Shown here in pieces: positions 1-11,571 of a stretch of 64,000 bases of DNA. Origin of the DNA: Mustelus asterias (lineage: Eukaryota); the NCBI RefSeq assembly GCF_964213995.1, contig NC_135825.1, forward strand, positions 12,028,001-12,092,000, in the 5' to 3' direction. The position numbers and the translations under genes were made by a program. The first letter of the stretch is position 1. Each line of letters starts with the position of its first letter. The notes beneath the pieces were generated by a model. That model saw only the letters and a program-made list of their open reading frames with translations, was not told the origin of the DNA and did not search any database.

Positions 1-6
1 CAATTT

Positions 7-1501
7 TTATATGTATAATTCTTTGTTCTTCTTCTTTCCTTCTTCGTTTCTTCTGATGTCTTCGGGGATCTTCATCGGGGTTTCTTCTTCGATGTATACA
101 CTGGCTCCTGGCACAATTCTAGTCACCATCACCTTGCAACAGACTTTTAGGCATCCAACAATTAGACAACAGGCAATTACAATTGAAATGAGCATGACCA
201 ATCCATGTAATAAGTAAGATTCCCAGGACCCCCCCACTACCCATTCCAGCCAGTTACTTCCTTTCTTGGGTCCCTGTCTGAAGCTATCAAGTTGTTCTCT
301 GATGCTATTGATGACCTGTGTAATGTTATAGGACTCGTCTGTGACATGAGTTCTGCATTTATTGCCTATAATTGTACACACTCCCCCTTGTTGTGCTAAC
401 TGATAGTCCACTGCATAGCGTGTCTGTTGTGCATATAATCTCAGTTCAGCCATTTCGTGGTTAACAGCCTCCAGTGCTTTTGAAGTGTTGTTCTCCAGGA
501 CTGTTAGTCCACAAACAATATGATTCCTACTCTTTGCACAAATCACTTCTGCTGCCCCTCCCCCCACCCCCCCCCACCCCCACGCCCCCCCCACGCCGAG
601 AAATAAGGCTCCAAGGAACCCATATCCCAGTGAGGATCCCATTGTGCCCAGAACTTCCCAGTCAGCGCAGCATTCTTTGCTGATAGCCCGAGTTACTATT
701 CTCCTCCGAATATGCCCCTTCTGGGGGCATGGAACAGTCAGTGGTCCGATTGTTCCTGCTGCAAAACGGTTTGGGAGGTTTGGTGTTTCTGTCATGTAAG
801 TACCATTGAAGAGCAACACATATCCCTTCTTAGCCCCGGTAACATTTAGTGTCTTGATTATGAGTTTGCTCATATTGCCGGTTGTTCGGTTTACTTGACT
901 CCCCATTTGATCCCACCACCTAGTAAGTATCAAATGGGTATGTCCATTTGTCTGAGCTTACGTGAGTTCCATTGCATTGTCCACAAATAAGCTGTCTTCC
1001 CGCGGTTATATTCAGACATTTCTGTTCATCACAAGTGCAAGTAGTCCCTTATTAACCCGACAATGTTGATGGACACACTGGGTCTGTACGCAGGAATCAT
1101 TCTTAGGGACCAAGGCATCGGCACATCCCCATCCCAGCCCCGTAAAACAAAGCGGATAGCTTGCAGTACCTGAACAAGCTTTTCCTCCCACCTGTTGGAT
1201 CTGTGCGGTTTACAAGTCCCACACATCTCCCCTGTATACCTCTTTTATATTTGCCAATTTGTCCCTTAGTGGGTGTATCTGATGTATCTACAGTATATAA
1301 GTCATGAGGGGTCCACCCAGGGGTGGCTACAATTAGGGCTTCGACCGATTGTGCTAGCGGGTAACATACACTTTGATTCCCGTGTAAATGTATGTGAGCT
1401 TTGTAAAACAAGTTATCCACCAATCCAGTCAAATTTACAGTCGCGACAACGCAAAGTACTACAGTTACATACACGATTACATACATATTCACAACGATCA
1501 A
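7..1501 (-). pseudogene. env: ERV env (gamma-type TM), frameshifted
   Basis: ORF 1103-1501 starts with a signal-peptide-like hydrophobic stretch. ORF 7-933 has a furin-like site (RRRIVTR), a fusion peptide, the immunosuppressive domain (QTRYAVDYQLAQQGGVC), a degenerate CX6CC (CTIIGNKCR) and a TM helix. Confidence 0.9.
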
Positions 1502-1634
1502 ACATCAAACCTCACACTATAATTCATATAATCTTTACAAGTTATATTATCTATCACCCCGCGCCCGCCAGTCGTTCTTGCTTGCAATCTTTGCCTGTGT
1601 TGAGGAAAGCATTTTCGTTAGTCCATCAATTTAA

Positions 1635-2871
1635 TTACTTATTTGTTCCCTTGTGTAATTTTAGTTGTGTCCAGTGTTTCCAGACCCCTTTCCCTCTTAT
1701 GTCTATACTGGCACAGGTGTCTCCACTAATTATAACTTCATATGGCCCATTCCATTTTGGTGCAAACCCTGGTTTGTCAGGTAATGTTTTTACTAGGACT
1801 CGACTTCCCGCTGTTGGGACGTCAGGGAGCATTTCAAGCTCTCTCTCTGCGTCTTTTATTTCCTGATTGCCCTTTACCAATTTGCGCATCCCTTTTAGTT
1901 GGGTGCTCAGTTCCAAAACATATCTCCTGATTTTATCTTTAATGGACCTACATTGGTCCCACCTGTTCCGATGCTTTCAGGTAATTGTATCGCCCGTCCT
2001 GTCATTAGCTCATGAGGGGTTAATCCGGTTGTCCGGTTTGTGGTAGCTCTTAATCTCATTAGTATAGTGGGCAATACCTCTGTCCACATTTTTCCCGATG
2101 TTTGTATGGCTTTAGCTAGTGCATGTTTCAGTGTTCTATTCATACGTTCCACCATTGCAGAACTCTGTGGGTGGTAAGGGATGTGAAATTTTTGTTGTAT
2201 CCCCATTAATTGGCATACTGATTTTACCAGCTTTCCAGTGAAGTGCGTCCCTTGGTCCGAATCAATTTGCAGGGGTACACCCCATCTAGGGATTACCTCT
2301 TCTGCCAATATCCGAGCCACCTTGGTAGCAGTACAATTTGTCATAAGGAACACTTCTACCCACCTGGTGAACTGGTCTATAATAACCAGACAATAAGTTT
2401 TGCCATGGGATTGTGGTAGTGGCCGTGTGAAATCTATTTGCAGATGTTCCCAGGGTCCCTTTGGTCTCGGCTGGTGTCCCATTTAAATTTTATGGGTCTA
2501 CCAGGGTTGTGTTGCGCGCACGTCATGCATCGGTGACAGTGTCGGGCTATATCTCTTCCCATTCCTTTCCACCACCATTCCTTTCCTATACTAGTTATCA
2601 TGGCCTCTCTACGCACTTGTGAGAGTCCATGGTGTAGTTCCAATAGGGTGTTTTGTATGCACTCTGGTGCTATTGCCTTATCTTCCCATTTCCAAATGTT
2701 ATCAGTCCCTTTGGCTGCTCCCTGTGCTTTCCATTTCTCCTTTTCCTCCTTTGGGGTATCCTCATGTAAGTCCCGAATATGTATTTCGTCTCCTGTCTGT
2801 TCTGTTGCTGCTATTGGCAGCTTGCCAATTGTCTCCTGTCCTATTCCCTGGTTTAGGTCAGAGTTGATCAA
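1635..2871 (-). pseudogene. pol: ERV integrase, split by frameshifts
   Basis: 2434-2871 zinc-finger region (HHGLSQ...WWW...CMTC); 1907-2482 catalytic core D-D-E (QIDFT, DSDQG, VERMN); 1635-1916 GPY/F module (PKWNGPYEV). Confidence 0.9.
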
Positions 2872-3317
2872 GCTCCTTTTCTGCCCCGCTTTTCACAACA
2901 TTGACAGTACAGTTCCCAACTTTCCAAACTTTCATGCAATCAGATGGCAACTCTGCGTTTGTTCGCCACGACAGAGTTTGATGTTAACCGAACTCTGCCA
3001 CTTGTGCTTCACAATCCTAAGTGCCCTTGGTGTCTCTTTACCCACTTCAATCTCCTGGCCTTCGTGTGGGAGGTTCCTCCTCTTAACAGCTGGTCAAAGG
3101 CAGTGTGAGCACAAGCAACAGTTACTTATCACTATCAGCAGTTAGTACTTATCAGTATATCATATACAACAAAACTTATCACTACAAATACCCCTTAAGT
3201 TTAACCCCTTAAGATTAACCCCTTGCAAACTGTATTCTTGACCTTGTCTGACACTCACAGATTCAGTGATCTCTACCCCGGCTCCGATCGTGGCCAATCG
3301 ATCTCACCAGTAATAGG

Positions 3318-3336
3318 ATCCATGCCGACTGTGCCA
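3318..3336 (-). promoter_or_regulatory. Primer binding site, degenerate tRNA-Ser type
   Basis: The - strand reads TGGCACAGTCGGCATGGAT 2 nt after the LTR end, close to the tRNA-Ser PBS TGGCGTAGTCGGCAGGAT. Confidence 0.75.
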
Positions 3337-3338
3337 AT

Positions 3339-4055
3339 TGTTGTGGGAAATGTACCACTGAGTCAGGTTTGAAGGTTTCAAGAATACAGTTTTATTTTAA
3401 CGAAGCTTCGTGGAAAAAAGGCACTAACAAGCAGCAAACCTTCTCTCAATGAGACAATAGGAGCGGTCCATCTTTATACCCTTTACACAATAGATGGACC
3501 GGACATCTAGCCATTATCAAATCATTGTAATCAAGTAGGTGATCGATTGTTAACCCAGACAGATACAGACATAAGCATGTTAACATCGCATTGTTCTATG
3601 AATGGATACATTACCTACATCAGTGACCATCAAAGGTTTTAGTTTCGGTCTGTTCATACAGCAATTTACAGTAATTGGTTTTCCTGCAGTTATCTATTCC
3701 CGATCCCACCTGTAGCTAATCTCGTTATCCAACCCTATTGTCCTTATCCTTAAGAGTGCCTCAAGCCCTGGCTGGCTTCCAGCAGGATTTGATTCCTGCA
3801 TGTTTAACTTTGAATAGCTGTCTGTCCTTTCTGATTTAATCTCAGGTGGCTGTCTGTACTGAAAGTCAGTGCCTGTTTAATGTCTCTTTCCCAGGTGACT
3901 GTGTGCCAGGCAGCCATCTTATGTGTACCCATCTGTATATTGTTCCCCCTTCAAGGACCCAAGTGACCAATAGCCTCCTCCACACAGACCCTGAGCTCCA
4001 CAAGGCAAAAGAATGAACAGAGACAAGCAGCTCACTGACGGGCTATCCCACAACA
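3339..4055 (-). repeat. ERV 5' LTR (~717 bp)
   Basis: Perfect 10-bp terminal inverted repeat TGTTGTGGGA...TCCCACAACA; - strand TATAAA (3473-3478) followed by AATAAA (3391-3396). Confidence 0.85.
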
Positions 4056-4569
4056 CAGGGAGTACGCGTTTCCTGATCAGCTTCCTTGATGTGTTGCAAC
4101 TCCAGTGTTTGAAGAGGCTCATTTAACAATATTAGGGACGGACCAGAACGATTCTCCAAGACAGAGTGATTCCGTCTGAAATGTGATCGGCGGTTCCAAA
4201 TCCCACTGGAGAGGCCGGCAGTATAGTGCTGAGTGAGCCACTGCACACACACCGATCTGTCACCGCGGAGAGTGGCGCATGCACACTGGCCCCCTCACCG
4301 CTAGCCTCCCGATCGCTGGCCATCCCGACCCCCCACAACCATCCAACCACTGTCCTACCAGAGCTCTCCCGGGCCAGCCCCGATCTCCCCCCACCCAGAT
4401 GGCCAGCCCTGATCCCCCTCCTCTCTCCCTCTCCCACTGATCCCAGTGCACAGTGTCACTGAAAACCCCCCAACTCATTGAGCCCCCAATAGGCCACACC
4501 CCCAGAATGCCACCCACCCACGCTAGCACCACCCACTTTGGCACTGCTTGGTGCCTGGTGGGAGGTGCC

Positions 4570-4946
4570 AGTATTTGTTTTATTCATTTGTGGACATGGG
4601 CATCGCTGGCTGGGTGGCATTTGTTGCCCATCCTGAGAGGTTTGTGAGGCCATTTCAGAGGACAGTCAAGAATGAACCACATTGCTTTGGCTCTGACATC
4701 ACATGTAGGCCAGACCAGGAAAGGATGGTAGATTTCCTTCTTTAACGGACATGAGTGAACCAGATGGGTTTTCCAACAACCGACAATGGTTTCATGGTGA
4801 TCAGTAGATTCTTAATTCCAGATTTTCTTTATTGAAATCAAATTCCAACTCCTGCCATGGCGGGATTCGAACCCAGGTCCCCAGAACATTAGATGAGATT
4901 CTGGATTAATAGGCGAGCGATAACACCACTGGGCCATCACCTCCCC
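4570..4946 (-). mobile_element. tRNA-derived SINE (shark)
   Basis: The - strand begins GGGGAGGTGATGGCCCAGTGG (A-box-like) with B box GGTTCGAATCCC; a related copy lies at ~52490-52830; ends approximate. Confidence 0.55.
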
Positions 4947-4959
4947 GTGGGTATCTGCA

Positions 4960-5120
4960 TATCTTTGGTTGTGGGGGGAAACTGAAGCACCCAGAGAAAA
5001 ACCACGGAGACACGGGGCGAACGTGCAAACTCCACACTGACCACACAGCCAATGTTGGAATTGAATCCAGGTCCCTGGCACTGTGAGGCTGCAGTGCTAA
5101 TCACTGTGCCACTGTGCCAC
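4960..5120 (-). mobile_element. HE1-type tRNA SINE, partial
   Basis: Reverse complement GTGGCACAGTGGCACAGTGATTAGCACTGC...GGATTCAATTCC...TGTGGAGTTTGCACGTTC matches the copies at 20252 and 61494. Confidence 0.7.
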
Positions 5121-5583
5121 ACTCTGTTGACTGAACAAGCAATCCAATCTAATCCCACCTTCCAGTTCTTGATCCAGAGCTCTGTAGGTTGCAGCATCTC
5201 AAGTTTAATCTATTTTGTTTAATGTAATCAGGCTATCCGCCTCTTCCACCATCTACCATTCTTCCAGGCAGTGAGTTCCAGACCCTCAACATCCCCCCAA
5301 GTGAAAAAGCCAATCTCCCCAAATCTCCTCTAATCCATTCACCAATTAATTTAAATCTTTAGCTCATGCTTCATGGTCTGATCTGGAGAGCTGCGATGTT
5401 CTGATATAACAGTAGACGTTGTAGTTCAGGCTGCTTGGAGGATGGAGAGATATGGAGAGCTGGATGTGTTGGTGAGATTGCAACATGACTGAACCTGAAT
5501 GAGAGGTTGATGAGCTGAAATTCACAGAGTGTTTGATTTTTAGATGCTCAGTCAGTTTCTGAATGTTTGTTTCTTTCCCACAG

Positions 5584-5907
5584 AACCCGTGTCTGTTCCT
5601 GAACTTAAATTTCTATCACCACCAAATGCCTCATGTTCTGGGGGCTCAGTGTCCGTCTCCTGTGAGTCTGTCCAGGGATCACTTCCCATTCAGTACACAT
5701 GGTATGAAAAGACCCCGCCTGAAGATTCAAAGATCTCTGACACCAATAAACTGGATCTACATTGTCAATCCTTCAAACAGCAACATCATCAATATTACTG
5801 CACAGCCTCAAATAACCAGGGAGAAAAATCCAGTGAAATGGTTACGGTGTCAGTGATCCACATTTCAGAGAATGATTGCAGTTACTTAACACAAATCAGC
5901 AACCTTG
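5584..5907 (+). CDS. Ig C2/I-type exon C1
   Basis: cccacag|AACCCGTG...AACCTTG|gtaaat; 324 nt, phase 1/1; Ig motifs VSC, YTWY, YYC. Confidence 0.9.
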
Positions 5908-6332
5908 GTAAATATCACTTTCAGCTTCAAAAATTACAACTAATTTTAAAATTAATGTCTGTCTGAATTGCTCACGGGTTTATTTCTATTAGTCGAAGCA
6001 ATTTTAATAAAAATAGAATTGCATTTTATTTCGCTTTTCACAACTTCAGGACAGTTTTAAAGTCCGTTCTGGTCAATGCTGGAACTGATTCAGAGCCATT
6101 GTTGTGATGTAGGAAGCTCAGCACCAATTTGTGAGCAATAAGCTCCTTCAAGGAGCAATGTGATGATGAGCAGACAATCTGCTGTCTGACAATTGCTGTT
6201 TGAGAATACAATAACTCCAGGAGCCGGCTGTGAAGGAACCGTGCTTCTATTGTACAAAATGAAAATAATGAATTACCACACGTCTGTGGTGAGCACGACA
6301 GGTCCCAACCTGGACTAAAAGATTAATGGAAC

Positions 6333-6610
6333 TGATGCGTGATTAATTCACTCGGGAGGCTGGATTGTACCCGGGAAATAAAGGCTTTTATTAGCAACAA
6401 GAATAGAGCATACTTCTTAACAATACAATCCCAGACTAAAGGGTCACTAGGAAGTGCAGTGACCTTTATACTCCTATAGGAAGGCGGAGCCAACCGGAGT
6501 GTACCACAGAACAATACCAACAGTTGGAACACCCCAACCCTAACCCCAACAGTAACAAGAGTAACATATGTACAAATACCCATAGTGGTAACCATCTATG
6601 GTTCACCACA
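6333..6610 (-). repeat. Gypsy 3' LTR
   Basis: TGATGCG...CACCACA; direct repeat of 10710-11018; PPT (- strand AGGAGGGGTGAA) at 6611-6622. Confidence 0.9.
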
Positions 6611-6674
6611 TTCACCCCTCCTTTAAAAACAAAGGCCGGTGGGGCAAACAAAACAGTACGAACTGTCCATATAT

Positions 6675-9600
6675 TCACAAGTTCAGTCGTATCGGAGGTC
6701 CACACCGTCTCTGCGACCTCCGCAGCACTGGCGGTAGCGCCGGTTCTGGTGACCGTGGTGAGCCTCTCTCCAAGGTGGTGTCCAGTGACTCCTCCAGTTC
6801 CTCACGGACGGGTGGACCTCGAGGTGGCGAAAATCTCCTGGACTCAGGCAAGCCTCGAGGTGGCGATAACCTCCTCGACTCAGGCAATCTGTACACGGGA
6901 GTAAGAGGATTAAGTGGAGGTCCCGATACTGCCCGCGCCGTGTAAGGAGGGGAGAGAATGGGCAAAGGAACCCTAACCAGGTGTGCGGGAGCGACGGGGG
7001 TTTCCAGGTCCCCTGCGGGTGCCAGATCTCGGATAGAGACCGTGTCCTCTCGCCCATCAGGATATACTACATAGGCATATTGAGGGTTGGCGTGGAGGAG
7101 ATGGACCTGTTCAACCAAAGGGTCGGACGTGCGAGTCCTAACATGCCGCCGCAGGAGGACAGGTCCTGAGTACGTCAACCAAGACGGCAGTGAGGTCCCA
7201 GAGGAAGACTTCCTAGGGGAGGTAAACATCCGCTCATGTGGGGTAGGGTTGGTTGCCGGACACAGGAGGGACCGGATTGAATGGAGCGCATCAGAACGTA
7301 TCTCTTGCCAACGGGAGACTGGAAGACCCTTAGACCTCAACGCCAGTAAGACAGCCTTCCAGACTGTAGCGTTTTCTCTTTCGACCTGCCCGTTACCCCT
7401 GGGGTTGTAACTCGTAGTCCTACTTGAGGCAATTCCTTTAGAGAGCAGGTATTGCCTCAAGTCGTCGCTCATAAACGCCGAACCCCTATCACTGTCGATA
7501 TAACTGGGGTAGCCGAACAGGGTAAAAAGACTCCGCAGGGCTTTGATGACCTTGGCAGCGGACATGTCAGAACAGGGAATGGCAAAAGGGAATCGGGAGT
7601 ACTCATCAACCACGTTGAGGAAATACACATTCCGATCTGTGGAAGGAAGGGGGCCCTTGAAATCAACACTCAGTCATTCAAAAGGGCGAGTGGCCTTAAT
7701 GAGGTGTGCCTTGTCAGGTCGGTAGAAGTGCGGCTTGCATTCAGGACATACCTGGCAGCTTCGAGTTATCGACCTGACATCCTCTTTGGAGTAGGGCAGA
7801 TTCTGGGCCTTTACAAAATGGAAGAGCCGAGTGATCCCCGGATGGCAGAGATCATTGTGGAGGGCCTGTAGCCAGTCCTCCTGCACACTGGCACATGTTC
7901 CACGCGACAGGGCATCTGAGGGCTCATTGAGCTTCCCCGGACGGTACATGATATCATAGTTGTAGGTGGAGAGTTCGATTCTCCACCTCAAGATTTTATC
8001 ATTTTTAATTTTTCCCCTGAACGTGTTGTTGAACATGAATGCCACGGACCGCTGGTCCGTGAGCAGGGTAAATCGTTTTCCCGCCAAATAATGGCGCCAA
8101 TGCCGTACAGCCTCCACAATGGCCTGGGCTTCTTTTTCCACAGAGGAGTGCCGAATTTCAGGGCCTTGGAGGGTGCGAGAGAAAAAGGCGACGGGCCTAC
8201 CCGCCTGGTTAAGTGTGGCGGCCAGGGCGAAATCAGATGCATCACTCTCCACCTGGAAGGGGATGGACTCATCGACAGCGTGCATCGTGGCTTTCGTGAT
8301 GTCAGCTTTTATCCCTTCAAAGGCTAAACGAGCTTCTGCTGCCAGGGGAAACGAAGTAGACTTAATGAGCGGACGGGCTTTGTCCGCATAATTGGGAACC
8401 CACTGTGCGTAATACGAGAAGAAGCATAAGCATCTTCTCAGTGCTTTGATGCTAGTGGGTAGGGGAAGTTCAAGGAGGGGATGCATACGATCTGGATCAG
8501 GGCCAATGACCCCGTTTTCCACCACGTATCTGAGGATTGCTAGGCGGTGCTTGCTGAATACACACTTCTCCCTGTTATAGGTCAGATTCAGGCGAGACGC
8601 AGTGCGTAAAAACTTCAGGAGTTGGCGTCGTGGTCCTGATGGTCATGGCCGCAGATAGTGATGTTGTCCAGGTACGGGAATGTAGCCCGTAGCCTGTTTT
8701 GGTCCACCATTCGGTCCATTTCACGCTGGAAGACCGAGACCCCATTAGTGACGCCAAAAGGGACCCTTAAGAAGTGGTAGAGATGGCCATCCGCCTCAAA
8801 GGCCGTGTATTTTCGGTCCTCTGGGCGAACGGGAGCTGGTGGTAGGCTGACTTCAAGTCGATGGTGGAGAACATCCGGTACTGCGCAATCTGGTTGACCA
8901 TGTCAGATATGCGCGGGAGAGGGTACGCGTCCAGCTGCGTGTACCTATGAATGGTCTGACTATAGTCTATGACCATCCGGGCCTTGTCTCCAGTCTTAAC
9001 CACCACGACTTGCGCTCTCCATGGGCTAGTGCTAGGTTGAATGATCCCTTCCCTGAGGAGCTGCTGAACCTCAGATCGAATAAAGATCTGATCCTCAGCG
9101 CTGTAACGCCTGCTCTTAGTTGCGATGGACTTGCAGCCTGGCACAAGATTTTCAAATAAAGAAGGCGGGGTGGGTTTAAGTGTCAAGAGACTGCACGTGG
9201 AGCGTGCTGGACAATTTGGAGGCTGCTGTTCTCCCACTGAAAGTGGAGGGAGTGGCCCATCGTACTGCAGGGTCACACTCCTCAGGTGGACCATAAAGTC
9301 TAGTCCCAGGAGTACCGGAGCGCAAAGGTGCGGTAACACGAGGAGCCTGAAGTTCTCATAAACTGTGCTCCGCACCGTTAGAGTTACCACGCAGCTCCCA
9401 AGAACGGTAACAGATCGGGACCTCGACGCCATAGAGATTGTCTGCCTGACAGTTTGTACTCGGAGAGCGCACCGTTTCACGGTATCCGGATGAATGAAAC
9501 TCTCCGTGCTCCCGCTGTCAAACAGACAATGTATCAGGCGTCCGTTTACCTCTATGTCCATCATGGACTTGTCGAGTCTGTAAGGCTTGGCCTGGTCCAG

Positions 9601-10669
9601 GATGATTGATGCCACTGTTGGATCCCGAGTGCAACTGCAGGCAGCTGAGATGATCGATGATGAGGACCCCTGCTGATCGTCTGTGGCCGGTGTCGACCAA
9701 AATGGCTGCGCCCATGGATCGCATGTGGTCGATGGCGTTGAAAGTGGTGGCACTCGCAGGTCGCACGTGTCTTGCGTCGTCGTCCTCAGGAATGGCGGCG
9801 CCCGTGAATCGCACGTGGTTGAAGACATCGACAAAGCCAGAGACGAGGAGACGGATCCTGGGGAGTCACACGCAGCACAGCTTGGCTTCGAAGGGGGCTT
9901 CGCTCAGCACACTTTAGCACAGTGCCCTTTCTTTCCACAAGCGGAGCAAAATACCATCCTGGCCGGACATCTCTGGCGAGGGTGCTTCGCCAATCCACAG
10001 AAATAGCACCGTGGGCCTCCTGGAGCTGCCGCAGCCGTCAGGTCCGAGGTTGAAAGCACGATCGCGCAGTTCCTAGGAGCCGCTGGGTAGAGTTGAGTCG
10101 GTGGCTGTACTTGCCACGATGTTCCCACATGGTCGGTGGGGTAAGTTTCAAGACTTCGGGAGGCCGTTTCCATCGCATCAGCCAATTCCGCTGTCTTAGC
10201 TAGGTCTAAGTTACCCTGCTCCAGCAGCCGCAGGCGAATATAGGATGAGCCGATTCCCGCCACGAACGCGTCTCGGATCAGATCGTTATTGTATTGTAGC
10301 CGACACTAGCTTGCAATTGCAGGCTCTGGCTAGCTGCTGAGGTTTGCGCAGGTACCGTCCCGCCGTTTTGCCGGGCTGCCGCCGTCGAGTGGCTAGTAGG
10401 TGACGAGCATGAATCTCGTTTGGCGGTTTATGGTACAGCTTCTTGAGTAATTCGATGGCCTCTTTGTAGTCTTTGGAATCGTGGATTGTTGCATACACAG
10501 TGTCGCTTACCCTTGCGTAGAGGACCCGCAATCTGTCGGCGTTGTTTTGGACTGCTGTTGAGGTGTCGATATCATCCTGGAAACACTTCAACCAATGGTC
10601 GAAAGTGTTAGACGCTCCAGCGGAACGCGGATCAAAGGTAAGCCGATCGGGTTTTAACATTTGCTCCAT
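6675..10669 (-). pseudogene. Gypsy gag-pol, disrupted
   Basis: ORF pieces 10286-10669 and 9904-10263 (gag, CYFCGLAKHPRQRC), 8767-9834 (PR, RT N-term), 7674-8525 (RT/RH), 6675-7628 (IN). Confidence 0.9.
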
Positions 10670-10709
10670 GGTTGTTTTTTCTCAAAACAAAAATTGTTGC
10701 TAATAAAAT

Positions 10710-11018
10710 TGATGCGCAATTAATTCACTTGGGAGGCTGGATCGTACCCGGGAAATAAAGGCTTTTATTAGCAACAAGAATAGAGCATACTGCTTAACAA
10801 TACAATCCCAGACTAAAGGGTCACTAGGAAGTGCAGTGACCTTTATACTCCTATAGGAAGGCGGGAGCCAACCGGAGTGTACCACAGAACAATACCAACA
10901 GGTGGAACACCCCAACCCTAACCCCAACAGTAACAAGAGTAACATATGTACAAGTACCCATAGTGATAACCATCTATGGTTCAGTACCCATAGTGGTAAC
11001 CATCTATGGTTCACTACA
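10710..11018 (-). repeat. Gypsy 5' LTR (contains a ~30-bp internal tandem duplication)
   Basis: Repeat of 6333-6610; GTACCCATAGTG(A/G)TAACCATCTATGGTTCA occurs twice; - strand TATAAA and AATAAA present. Confidence 0.9.
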
Positions 11019-11262
11019 GAAACCACTCAAGATCTTGCTTTATAAAGGGCTTGGGATACAATCTCAATATGGTTGTCTAATTATCAATCCGCAGGAAGCA
11101 CATATTGAATGTTCCCAACGATATCAAACAAGGAAGTATCCAATTGCATTAGAAGATGTATTGGAGAGATTTCTCTGAACACAGTGGTAAATCCTATTGA
11201 AATATATCTGTTTGTATTGAGCAATTATTTTCAGTTCAATTTTTGACCTGTTGTCTTTTCAG

Positions 11263-11571
11263 CTCCAAGTGCATTGTGGGCAAACAATAATGTAATAGGA
11301 GTTTTGGGAAGATCGATCACTATAGATTGTCACTATGACAAATTGTCCCAGTCACATGTGAAATCTTGGAGTCGTCAGTGCTCTGTTTTGGTGAAATCAG
11401 ACGATCCAGATGGACGGCGAGGGAGAATGTCGATCACAGATAACAAGACACAAGGATTATTTGTTGTTACTATGGAGGATCTTCGCTCCGGAGATGCAGG
11501 ATGGTACAGCTGTGGAATTGATAAGCCCGGCTTCCTTTCAATATTTCCTGTAAAGCTACAAATATCTGACG
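11263..11571 (+). CDS. CD300/pIgR-like Ig V exon V1
   Basis: ttttcag|CTCCAAGT...TCTGACG|gtacat; 309 nt, phase 1/1; SITIDCHY...KSW...GRMSITD...DAGWYSCG. Confidence 0.9.

Larger units (their letters stand above)
1..4055 (-). mobile_element. Endogenous retrovirus, internally deleted (5'LTR-PBS-short leader-integrase-env); 3'LTR lies outside the window
   Basis: LTR with terminal inverted repeats, a tRNA-Ser-like PBS, frameshifted integrase ORFs and env ORFs, all on the - strand in retroviral order; no gag/protease/RT coding space between PBS and integrase. Confidence 0.9.
6333..11018 (-). mobile_element. Ty3/Gypsy LTR retrotransposon, full-length but with frameshifts and stops, inserted in intron C1-V1
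   Basis: Two LTRs (TG...CA); 5-bp TSD GGAAC/GAAAC; polypurine tract next to the 3'LTR; gag with CCHC knuckles, protease (LFDSGS), RT, RNase H (SDASD) and integrase (DSDRG, QVER). Confidence 0.95.

Noticed and set aside
11180-11220. CACAGTG heptamer ~80 nt upstream of V exons as a V(D)J recombination signal
   Set aside because: No ACAAAAACC-like nonamer at 12 or 23 nt in the right orientation; the heptamer is intronic rather than abutting coding ends; several units read CACAGCG or CATAGCG
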